Shown here in pieces: positions 6,959 through 15,117 of a DNA stretch of 30,912 bases. The DNA is from a virus. Its lineage: Duplodnaviria; Caudoviricetes. Both the position numbers and the translations under genes were made by a program. Under the pieces are notes generated by a model that searched no databases, was not told the origin of the DNA, and saw only the letters and a program-made list of their open reading frames with translations. Positions within the stretch are counted from its first letter, which is position 1. Every line of letters begins with the position of its first letter. The stretch is taken from positions 1 to 30,912 of the IMG/VR virus record IMGVR_UViG_3300038393_001732; one strand, given 5' to 3'.

Positions 6959-7814
6959 CGCTTTGCTCCGAAAGACGACCCTCAACCGATCCTGCAATGT
7001 CGCCGTGGCCCGCCTCCCCGTTGTCGTCCCACACCTCCTCGAAGCTGGAATAACCCAACATCGCCTGCGCCAACTCCGACCCCTGTATATCGACCGGATC
7101 CTGCCCATCCTCGGTGGGGGCGTGAGAATGCTCCTCCGCTGCGGAATGGGCATTCGCCAACTGCCGTTCGGCGGAAACGACCCGGGCGACCGCCCGCAAC
7201 GACCTAAAATCTTCGGACAGCACCAGAGGGTCGATCTTCGCCTCGACCATTGCGGACCAAAGCCGCAGTAGCAGGGAGTCTGTCTCGATAACGATGCTGC
7301 CAGCGATCTGGTTCAAGAGAGTATTCCGCATTCTCAGATAGCGGACGCGCTCTTCTTCGGCGAGATTTTCGCCTTCTCCCATGAACGATACCACGCCTAG
7401 ATGCTTGTCTATGAAAAGAGAGGCGTAGACGTGGGCGTGATCAACGCCGGGCTCGGAAAAGCCGGTAAGGGCATCAACCTGCAACGCGCAGTAGTGCAGG
7501 TGATCCGCACCGCCGGCCATACAGACGGTCGTCTCGATTAGGCCCGATACCAGAACCGGCCAAGCGGCTTGTACCGCCTCAATGCCCCGTTCGGGGGAGA
7601 GACCAATCCGCTGTAGCTCTATCATATAGGCGAGCTGGAAAAGTTGGGTCGCCCCATATTCAGCTCTAGTCCCCTTGCCGACGTTCACGCCTTCCGGAAA
7701 GCCAAGCTTCTGCCACTGCTTCAGCCGGGAGTAGAACGCCTTCCGCTTCTCAGGGTGTATTTTTTCCATCGCCGCGAGGGTTGCCTCCACCTGGCCGAAA
7801 GTCAGTTTCGTCAC
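6948..7814 (-). CDS. Putative regulator with an N-terminal MerR-like wHTH
   Basis: RLKQWQKLGFP...GKGTRAEYGATQLFQL...LQRIGLSP resembles MerR-type HTH; GTG 7814 has a GGGGAG RBS (the track start 7871 is an alternative). Confidence 0.6.
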   Translation of the reverse strand: MTKLTFGQVEATLAAMEKIHPEKRKAFYSRLKQWQKLGFPEGVNVGKGTRAEYGATQLFQLAYMIELQRIGLSPERGIEAVQAAWPVLVSGLIETTVCMAGGADHLHYCALQVDALTGFSEPGVDHAHVYASLFIDKHLGVVSFMGEGENLAEEERVRYLRMRNTLLNQIAGSIVIETDSLLLRLWSAMVEAKIDPLVLSEDFRSLRAVARVVSAERQLANAHSAAEEHSHAPTEDGQDPVDIQGSELAQAMLGYSSFEEVWDDNGEAGHGDIAGSVEGRLSEQSDGK

Positions 7815-7948
7815 CGTTACGTCTCCCCGACGAAATGCATTTTCTGATGCGGAAAAGATCAATGGCGACATTGCCCTTTGCAGTCAAGGGGCTCCGTAGG
7901 TATAGGTTGCCATAGGTCTACCTGGGTGGGCCTCTAGCAATCTAGGAG

Positions 7949-8146
7949 ATGAAAGTGCTGCTCGCCGACGACCTCCTTCAGGGGATGAAACAGGGAGCCG
8001 AGTATGTCGGGCTGCCTGAGAAGGCGTTCGCCCACCTAGTGACCAAGGGGGCGATTCCCTCAATCCGCATGGGCACTCGCGCCGTGTATTTTCGCAAATC
8101 CGAGCTGGATGCCGCGTTTACCGCGAAACGTGCCAACGCCGCGTGA
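7949..8146 (+). CDS. Excisionase/AlpA-like HTH protein
   Basis: AEYVGL...LVTKGAIPSIRMGTRAVYFRKSELD is typical of HTH_17/Xis; TAGGAG RBS; divergent from the int operon. Confidence 0.8.
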   Translation: MKVLLADDLLQGMKQGAEYVGLPEKAFAHLVTKGAIPSIRMGTRAVYFRKSELDAAFTAKRANAA

Positions 8147-8228
8147 TCGCTGACCTTACCTTTGCGTCCCCCCGCCCGGGACCGTTTGGCGGCGATATGC
8201 CGCGCCCAAGTGAAAGGCCGCTCGCGCA

Positions 8229-8570
8229 ATGGCCGGGATAATCCGCTTTCCCGGCGGGCCTACGCCGGAAATCGTCGCCGCGGCGATGCCGGACATCATG
8301 AAGCTGACGACGGTCGGCGTTGGTATTGCGCCGCCGACCTACGACCTTGAACGCACAGAGCCCAACTTGATCGCGGCCCTGGAATCGCTGGTCAGGATCG
8401 GGGTTGCCGACGCCACCGGCGAGCCGAGGGCGCGGCGCTACTCGCTGACCCCGTTCGGGTGGCAGGTCTATTCGATTGTATCCCGGCAATCGCCTTCTGA
8501 CGGCAGCTTGCCCGCCAACGATCTGGACGACGATATCGCCGATATCGGCCCCGGGCCGGAGGCTGCATAA
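8229..8570 (+). CDS. Hypothetical protein, possible winged-helix fragment
   Basis: Stop overlaps the next start (TAATG); ALESLVRIGV...RYSLTPFG pattern; ends in GGAGGCTGCA (EAA). Confidence 0.55.
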   Translation: MAGIIRFPGGPTPEIVAAAMPDIMKLTTVGVGIAPPTYDLERTEPNLIAALESLVRIGVADATGEPRARRYSLTPFGWQVYSIVSRQSPSDGSLPANDLDDDIADIGPGPEAA

Positions 8571-9223
8571 TGGCACGCGGGCACTCATCAGCACGCCCGA
8601 ACAAGGGGACTGCGGCCCTACCGGCGCCGATGGTCCCGCCGGACTGCGACTTGCGCGATTTCCCGTTCATGCCGCTTCATGTGGCGCGGTTCCGCGACTC
8701 CGATCTTGTCGCTGAGCGATCGCTCGAAGAGGTCGGCGCTGCAACGCTCCTTTGGTCGGCGGCGTGGCATCAGGTACCTGCGGCGAGTCTCCCCGACAGC
8801 GATGCGGTGCTGGCGCGCATAGTCGGGCGGGATGTCGCCAAGTTCAGGCGGATCAAGGCTGGCGCGCTCCACGGTTACGTCCTTTGCAGCGATGGTCGCC
8901 TTTATCACCCGCTCAGCGCGAGGGAGGCGAAAACCGCTTGGCAGAGCAAGCTTGAGCAGCGCTGGAAAACCGAATGCGCGCGGATCAAGAAGCTGAACCA
9001 GCGCCATAATACGGCATTCCCGTTCCCCACATTCGAGCACTTCCTGAGCGCGGATTACGTGAAGCCTACAGTCCATGTCCCTGGGGACAGCATCGGGACG
9101 CATGCGGGACACGACCGGGACGGGGTGATCCAAGAGACAGAGACAGGGACACCAGTAGTAGAAGAATCCCGCCAGATAGACCCCTCTAAGATTATTCCTC
9201 TACGCGCGGAGGCGAGCGCGTGA
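8570..9223 (+). CDS. DUF1376/YdaU-like phage replication initiator
   Basis: DLRDFPFMPL...LW..AWHQVPAASLPD...CSDGRLYHP motifs; contains periodic GGGAC repeats. Confidence 0.8.
   Translation: MARGHSSARPNKGTAALPAPMVPPDCDLRDFPFMPLHVARFRDSDLVAERSLEEVGAATLLWSAAWHQVPAASLPDSDAVLARIVGRDVAKFRRIKAGALHGYVLCSDGRLYHPLSAREAKTAWQSKLEQRWKTECARIKKLNQRHNTAFPFPTFEHFLSADYVKPTVHVPGDSIGTHAGHDRDGVIQETETGTPVVEESRQIDPSKIIPLRAEASA
9076..9151 (+). repeat. Iteron-like repeats (probable origin) inside the initiator gene
   Basis: GGGAC at 9084, 9095, 9106, 9117 (exact 11-bp period), inverted TGTCCC at 9076, then GAGACA-GAGACA-GGGACA at 9134-9151. Confidence 0.6.
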
Positions 9224-10683
9224 CCCGCGAGCCCCGCCGTCATCAGACCGCAGCTCTCGAAATGCTGCGTGATGCGTTCCGCCGACGCAAGCGCCGCCTC
9301 ATGCTGAACATTGCCACTGGCGGGGGAAAAACCTTCGTCGCTGCAATGATCATCGCCGAGGCGCGCAAGCGCGATAAGCGGGTGCTGTTCATCGTCGATG
9401 CGGTGGTTCTGGTCGATCAGACCGTCGAAGCCTTCTACGGCGAAGGCCTCTACGACATCGGCGTCATTCAGGCAGACCATCCGATGACGGACTGGTCTAA
9501 GCCGATCCTCGTAGCTTCGGTTCAGACCCTCCGCAGGCGAGGCATGCCGAAGAACGTCGATATCGTTATCGTAGACGAAGCGCACTGCCAGGACGAGTGG
9601 CTCAAGGGGATCATGATAAGCGGCGAGTGGGCGGACGTGCCGTTCATCGGGCTTAGCGCGACGCCTTGGAGCAAGGGCCTCGGGCACCTCTACGAAGAGC
9701 TTATAATCCCGATTTCGATGCAGGAGCTGATTGACCAAGACCTGCTCTGCAAATTTCGCGTATTCGCCGCCGCTCACCCTGACCTCGGGTCGGTCAAAAC
9801 CTTGGCCGGCGACTACCATGAAGGCCAACTCGCGGAAGTCATGTCCGACGGCGAACTTGTCGCGGACATCGTAACCACTTGGAAGCGCCTCGGCGAGAAT
9901 CGCCCAACCATCGCTTTCTGCGTCGATCGCGCGCACGCCGCGAAGGTCCAGGCCCGCTTCAAGGCGGCTGGCATCGGTTGCGGATATATCGACAGCTACA
10001 CCGAACGCTCGGAACGGCTCGAAATCCGAAGGCAGCTCGACCGCGGCGAAATCAAAGTGGTCACCAGCGTCGGGTGCCTGACCAAAGGGGTGGACTGGTC
10101 CATCGGCTGCATCATCCTAGCGCGGCCGACAAAGTCGGAAATGCTTTATGTCCAGATGGTCGGGCGAGGGCTGCGGGTCAACGAGGGCATACCGGACTGC
10201 GTGATCCTCGACCATGCCGACAACACCCTGCGCCTCGGGTTCGTAACCGATATCCACCATGCGGAGCTGTGCAAGGCGGTGAAGGGCGAGCGCAAGCCGC
10301 AGCCTGAAAGGGAAGCACCGCTCCCGAAAGAATGTCCGTCCTGCTCGTTTCTCAAGCCGCCCAAGACACACGAATGCCCCTCTTGCGGCTTCAAGCCCGA
10401 GAAGCGCTCGGAGATCGAGGAAAAGGATGGCGAGCTAGTCCAGCTTACCCGCGCCAAGGTGAAGGCCGACCACGCGACAAAGCAGGACTGGTACTCGCAA
10501 CTGCGCGTGATCGCGCAGGAACGGCGCTACTCGCGCGGCTGGGTCGCCAACACCTACAAGAAAAAGTTCGGCGTTTGGCCGCGCAATCTCAATGAAAACG
10601 CCACCAAGGACCCGACCCAAGAAGTCCGCAATTTCGTCAAATACACTGCGATCCAGTTCGCGAAGCGGCGGGAGGCGGCATGA
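9220..10683 (+). CDS. SF2 DEAH-box helicase with C-terminal Zn ribbon (RadD/YejH-like)
   Basis: ATGGGKT, DEAH, SAT, QMVGRGLR, CPSC-x-CPSC. Confidence 0.93.
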   Translation: MTREPRRHQTAALEMLRDAFRRRKRRLMLNIATGGGKTFVAAMIIAEARKRDKRVLFIVDAVVLVDQTVEAFYGEGLYDIGVIQADHPMTDWSKPILVASVQTLRRRGMPKNVDIVIVDEAHCQDEWLKGIMISGEWADVPFIGLSATPWSKGLGHLYEELIIPISMQELIDQDLLCKFRVFAAAHPDLGSVKTLAGDYHEGQLAEVMSDGELVADIVTTWKRLGENRPTIAFCVDRAHAAKVQARFKAAGIGCGYIDSYTERSERLEIRRQLDRGEIKVVTSVGCLTKGVDWSIGCIILARPTKSEMLYVQMVGRGLRVNEGIPDCVILDHADNTLRLGFVTDIHHAELCKAVKGERKPQPEREAPLPKECPSCSFLKPPKTHECPSCGFKPEKRSEIEEKDGELVQLTRAKVKADHATKQDWYSQLRVIAQERRYSRGWVANTYKKKFGVWPRNLNENATKDPTQEVRNFVKYTAIQFAKRREAA

Positions 10684-11633
10684 GCGCCATGCCAGAAATC
10701 GCCGATCAGGCCCGCAACCACTGGCGGTCTCTCTTGCCCATGTTCGGGATCGACCCGAAGTTTCTTACGGGCAAGCACGGCCCATGTCCGATTTGCGACG
10801 GGAAGGATAGATTCCGGTTCGACGACAAGGAGGGAAGGGGTACCTTCTTTTGCAGTCAGTGCGGCCCCGGCGACGGGGTAAAGCTGCTGATGCGGAAAAC
10901 CGGGCAATCGTTCGCCCAGGTCGCGCAGGGCATTCGAGAGAAGCTCGGGGAGGCCCGCGAGACCCCGTCCTCGCGAGCTGCGGATCCTGTAGCGCAACGG
11001 CGGCGGGCCGGTGAGGCCTGGAACGCCGCCACGCCGATATTCGACGATGACGCGGCTCGCTACCTCGCTGGCAGGAACTTCGCCGGCCCCTATCCGACAG
11101 CGCTGCGGTTCTGCCCGTCGGCGCGAACCGGGGAGCCCACCCCGCCATTTCTGCCGGCGATGCTGGCGCTCGTAACCGGACCCGATGGGCAGTCGGTCAA
11201 CCTCCACCGGACCTTCCTTGAGAATGGGTCAAAGGCCAGTTCGGTGCCGCCGCGCAAGATGATGGCCGGGACCGTCCCGGAAGGATCGGCGATCCGCCTG
11301 GGCGCTCACACCGGCATTCTCGGTGTCGCGGAAGGGATCGAAACGGCGCTCCGCGTTACGCAACGCCTGCACATACCGTGCTGGTCGCTGATCGATGCCG
11401 AGAAGATGAAGCGGTGGCTGCCGGGCAACGATGTGCGCGAGCTGCACATATTTGGCGACAACGATCGCAACGGCGTCGGACAAGCTGCCGCCTGGACGCT
11501 GTACCAGCGCATCTACGCCATGCGGGACGGGCCGCAGGTTTTCTTCCCTCATATCCCCGCGGCGGTCGGAAAGGACTGGGCCGACTTCGGGGACGATCCC
11601 GATCTCTGGACCATGTTGGAGCTATCCGAATGA
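10680..11633 (+). CDS. Primase: P4-alpha-type Zn ribbon plus TOPRIM
   Basis: HGPCPICDGKDRFRFDD...CSQCG, LHRTFL, AEGIETAL, FGDND, KDWAD. Confidence 0.92.
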   Translation: MSAMPEIADQARNHWRSLLPMFGIDPKFLTGKHGPCPICDGKDRFRFDDKEGRGTFFCSQCGPGDGVKLLMRKTGQSFAQVAQGIREKLGEARETPSSRAADPVAQRRRAGEAWNAATPIFDDDAARYLAGRNFAGPYPTALRFCPSARTGEPTPPFLPAMLALVTGPDGQSVNLHRTFLENGSKASSVPPRKMMAGTVPEGSAIRLGAHTGILGVAEGIETALRVTQRLHIPCWSLIDAEKMKRWLPGNDVRELHIFGDNDRNGVGQAAAWTLYQRIYAMRDGPQVFFPHIPAAVGKDWADFGDDPDLWTMLELSE

Positions 11634-11983
11634 GCGACCTATTTGACCGCTTCCTCGACACCCGCGAGATGGCGAAAGCCGGGATGCAGGCTGCCACCGA
11701 TCACGCCGACGCGGAGGCGCCGGGCTGGAGCCGGCAAGCTTACGAGATGTTCGAACAGTTCGCGGCCGAAAATCTCGAGTTCATGACCGAGGATGTGCGC
11801 GTGTGGGCGCACAAGGAAGGTTTTCCGCTGCCGCCTGACGGGCGCGCTTGGGGCTCCATCGCGCAGCGCGCGGTCCGCGAGCGATTGGTTGTTCGGGCTG
11901 GCTATCGCACGACGCGGGTTCCGCCCGCTCACGCAACGCCCCGCCCCGTTTGGCACAGCCAGATATTCGCGGCGGCAGAGTGA
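11630..11983 (+). CDS. Phage hypothetical protein (MSDLFDRFLD...)
   Basis: ATG overlaps the primase TGA; PPDGRAWG and H..PRPVW motifs are typical of a small phage family. Confidence 0.75.
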   Translation: MSDLFDRFLDTREMAKAGMQAATDHADAEAPGWSRQAYEMFEQFAAENLEFMTEDVRVWAHKEGFPLPPDGRAWGSIAQRAVRERLVVRAGYRTTRVPPAHATPRPVWHSQIFAAAE

Positions 11984-12071
11984 AACGGAGCGCCGATTCG
12001 AGCGCCGGTTGACGGGTGGCATCGAGGCAAGGTCGGCCGGTTTGGGTTCTGAGAGCGAGGTTCTTTTGGCG

Positions 12072-12779
12072 ATGGGTGGGTACGGTGCGGATGAGTTGCG
12101 GGGTTCGGCGCGGGTGAAGCGCTGGTGCATCTTGCAGACAAGCGGCGTGAAGACGGTCGCTCTCGCGAAGGCGCTCGCCGATGCTGGTTTTGAGGTGTGG
12201 ACCCCTATCCGGATCATAAGGCGACCAGTGCCCGGACAGCGCCGGCAACTGGTGCTGGGGCTACGTCGGCGAATGAAGGAAGTCGGCGTTCCGATCCTGA
12301 GCGGGTACGTCTTCGCTCGGGCTGAACATCTCGACGACCTGGCTCGCCTCGCCTCCTTGCCGACAAGCTTCAACCATCCGCCCTTCGCCATCTTTCAGTC
12401 CAGTGGGCTCGCCGCGTTGGTCAGCGATGCCAATGTGTCGGGGCTGCGAGCTGCCGAAGCCGCCGCGGATGAAGCAATACAGGCAGAGCGTGACGCGGAG
12501 ACACGCGAGGAAGCACGACAGTTACGGGGCGAGCGGCTGCGCACAGAGCGGGCAAGACGCAAAGCGCTACGCAGTGTCCGCAAGTCGTTCGCGATCGGCG
12601 AGGAAGTGCGGATTGCGGGTGTTCCGGCGTTTGACGGGGTCGTCGGTACGATCGTCGTCGGCGACGGGACCATTGCGGAGATCGCGTTCGGGGCCTCGCT
12701 GACCATGAAAGTTGAGGCTTGGCGAGTGATTCCAGTTGAGATAAGAGGGGGCATGCCGAACCACGGCATCGCTGCATGA
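12072..12779 (+). CDS. NusG-family transcription antiterminator (late activator)
   Basis: NGN-like WCILQT...GFEVWTP...PILSGYVF and KOW-like FAIGEEVRIAGVPAFDGVVGTI; sits between replication and late genes; start codon uncertain. Confidence 0.85.
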   Translation: MGGYGADELRGSARVKRWCILQTSGVKTVALAKALADAGFEVWTPIRIIRRPVPGQRRQLVLGLRRRMKEVGVPILSGYVFARAEHLDDLARLASLPTSFNHPPFAIFQSSGLAALVSDANVSGLRAAEAAADEAIQAERDAETREEARQLRGERLRTERARRKALRSVRKSFAIGEEVRIAGVPAFDGVVGTIVVGDGTIAEIAFGASLTMKVEAWRVIPVEIRGGMPNHGIAA

Positions 12780-12923
12780 GCAGCCATCGGGAAAGACGAT
12801 CTGGGGCTACGGCCCTTGCGCATCCCAAGGCCGACCGGTCGTCCGTCGGCAGTGCTACGCAATTCCAAAGGTTCGCCGCCGCTTCCTGCGAAACAGCGCG
12901 CGCCATTCCCCCGGAGAACCGCA

Positions 12924-13610
12924 ATGGGCAAACTGACCCACAACACCGGCACGCTTGCGCTCGGCCAAGGGGAAACCTGCGAGCCTCAGGCTGATGCGGC
13001 GGGCAACCTCAAGGTCGTCAACGGCGCAACCGAGGCCCATCTTGGCCAGGTCGGCGGAACGACGCCGCGCGTCACGGCGACGATGGTCCGGGCGGGCGAT
13101 GCGACACAATATTCGATCGGCGATCTGATCGGTAATACCACCACCGCTGCGAGCGTGGTCCCGATCACCTTTGCCAATGCCGCGCGTATCACCAACGGGT
13201 CCGGCCGCATCAGCGGCGTGCGGTGTACGATCACCGCAGCATCGGGCACGATCGTCCTGCCCAAGTTCGACTTGCTGATCTTCCGCCCGGCCACCAATAT
13301 TCCCTTCGCAGCGGGCAGCTATCCGGCTGACAATGCCGCGCTCAATATCTCGGCTGCGGCCATGAAGGAACTCGTCGCGATCTTTTCGTTCAGCGACACG
13401 GCTTGGCGGAATCAGGCGGGCGGCTCGACTGCGGCGGGCGATCATATCTATCAGGCCGCAACGATCGCCTCGGGGCGGCCCTATGCGCCGTTCAATCTCG
13501 GCTCCCTCAATTCTGCGGACCTGCTTGGCCTCCTCCAGGCGCAGAACACATGGAACCCCGGCAACGTCGCCAACACCTTCGACATCGTGCTCGACACGGA
13601 CAACGACTGA
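12924..13610 (+). CDS. Probable virion structural protein (spike/fibre base-like, beta-rich)
   Basis: GGAGA RBS; Ala/Thr/Gly/Asn-rich; first gene of the late region. Confidence 0.55.
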   Translation: MGKLTHNTGTLALGQGETCEPQADAAGNLKVVNGATEAHLGQVGGTTPRVTATMVRAGDATQYSIGDLIGNTTTAASVVPITFANAARITNGSGRISGVRCTITAASGTIVLPKFDLLIFRPATNIPFAAGSYPADNAALNISAAAMKELVAIFSFSDTAWRNQAGGSTAAGDHIYQAATIASGRPYAPFNLGSLNSADLLGLLQAQNTWNPGNVANTFDIVLDTDND

Positions 13611-14386
13611 TGCCCGCCCGGTTCGGCGCTCGGAGAATGGGGCTCAGCCTGTATTGCCCCGAGGCATCTTCCCTCTTCACTCGCATGTCCGTCGAGCCCG
13701 ACGCACCGCGAAAAGCGCTGATCAACACCCTGATCGTCGCCCTCAAGACCGCCGGCATCTGGACCAAGCTCGACGTCCTCTATCTGACCGCCGCGCACGA
13801 TGCGCAGGCGGCGCGTCTCAACTGGGTGTCGTCCAGCTACAGCCTCGTTGCCTACAGCTCGCCCACCTTCCTGGTCGATCGCCACTATGTGGGCGATGGC
13901 GCGGCGAGCTATCTCGATACGGAGTACCAGCCCGGCGTGAGTGCGGGGTCCAAGGCGCTACAGGACGACAATCATTTCGGGGTCTGGATACGCAACAACG
14001 TCAATGGCACCGGGATCGACTGCGGCTCCACCAACCATACGATCAACTCGAACAACTCCGGTAACGTCAGCGCCAGGAACATGGCGGCTACTTCCGACAC
14101 GGTCGCAACGAACGGCACCTCCGTCGGCCATACGGTGCATTCGCGTTCCGCCGCTGCGACCTATAGCCGCTACAAGGACGGCTCCAGCCTCGGCGATGCG
14201 ACCCGTACCTCGGCCGCCCCCGGTGCGCTGAGCGCCTTCCTGTGCTGCCGCAACAGCGGCTCGGCGTCGGCATTCAGCACGCGCCAGATAGCCGCGATGC
14301 ACCTGGGCAGTGGGCTGACCGCGAGCGAAGTTTCTTCGCTCCGAACCGCCCTCAACACCTACCTCACAGCTTTGGGAGCCGCCTGA
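13610..14386 (+). CDS. Probable fibre/receptor-binding protein with a lectin-like beta-sandwich
   Basis: TGATG coupling; INTLIVALKTAGIWTKLD...GDGAASYLDT...GSGLTASEVSSL...YLTALGA resembles ConA/LamG-like phage fibre domains. Confidence 0.55.
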   Translation: MPARFGARRMGLSLYCPEASSLFTRMSVEPDAPRKALINTLIVALKTAGIWTKLDVLYLTAAHDAQAARLNWVSSSYSLVAYSSPTFLVDRHYVGDGAASYLDTEYQPGVSAGSKALQDDNHFGVWIRNNVNGTGIDCGSTNHTINSNNSGNVSARNMAATSDTVATNGTSVGHTVHSRSAAATYSRYKDGSSLGDATRTSAAPGALSAFLCCRNSGSASAFSTRQIAAMHLGSGLTASEVSSLRTALNTYLTALGAA

Positions 14387-14387
14387 T

Positions 14388-14711
14388 ATGACGACGCAGC
14401 ATTATTTCGTTCTCACCTCGGCGCAGCGCACGACGGCGACGGGCCTGGACAATACCGAGGCCGGCGTCGGCATCGCGCCGCGTGCGATCGACAGCGCGAC
14501 TCCCGGCAACGGGCTCAACCTCAACGACCAGGCCGTCGGCTTCGCGGTCGGCGATCCGATCACGCTCCTCGGCAAATACATCGCGCCATACCGCATGGTG
14601 AACGATCCGGATTGCCTCACCTATGCACCCGATCTGGTGACGTTTCTCCTGACGCTGCCTTCGGCAGTGCTGGAGAATGAGACGATCTTCCTGCCGGATA
14701 CGGACCTGTAG
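14388..14711 (+). CDS. Hypothetical protein, possible fibre assembly partner
   Basis: Starts 1 nt after the fibre-like gene; good codon usage. Confidence 0.6.
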   Translation: MTTQHYFVLTSAQRTTATGLDNTEAGVGIAPRAIDSATPGNGLNLNDQAVGFAVGDPITLLGKYIAPYRMVNDPDCLTYAPDLVTFLLTLPSAVLENETIFLPDTDL

Positions 14712-14718
14712 GCGCGCC

Positions 14719-15117
14719 ATGTCGAAGCCTGAAAAATCGCTGCCCGCCAGCCAGCGGGACGATCTCAAGTGGCAGAAGGGGCAGAGCGGGAACCCGGGGG
14801 GGCGGCCCAAGGGCTCCCGAACCAAGCTCAGCGAGACCTTCATGCGCGACTTGCTCGCGGATTGGGAGCAGCACGGCCCCGAAGCGCTCGCGAAAGCGCG
14901 TGAGAACAAGCCCGACGTCTATGTCCGCGTCGTCGCTTCGCTGATGCCTCGCGAAATCGACGTTCGGAGCACCGCCCATGACGACCTCTCCGACGAAGAA
15001 ATCGATGCCCGCCTCGCTGCCTACTTCTCCGCCAATCTCGCGAGAAGAAGCGCTCGCGCTGATAGCGGAGAAAGAGCGCCGGGCGTCGCGAGCAGCGAGC
15101 CAGTCATCCGTCATTGA
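14719..15117 (+). CDS. terS: Terminase small subunit (DUF5681-like N-terminus)
   Basis: WQKGQSGNPGGRPKGSR motif and LSDEEID tail; directly upstream of terL. Confidence 0.75.
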   Translation: MSKPEKSLPASQRDDLKWQKGQSGNPGGRPKGSRTKLSETFMRDLLADWEQHGPEALAKARENKPDVYVRVVASLMPREIDVRSTAHDDLSDEEIDARLAAYFSANLARRSARADSGERAPGVASSEPVIRH

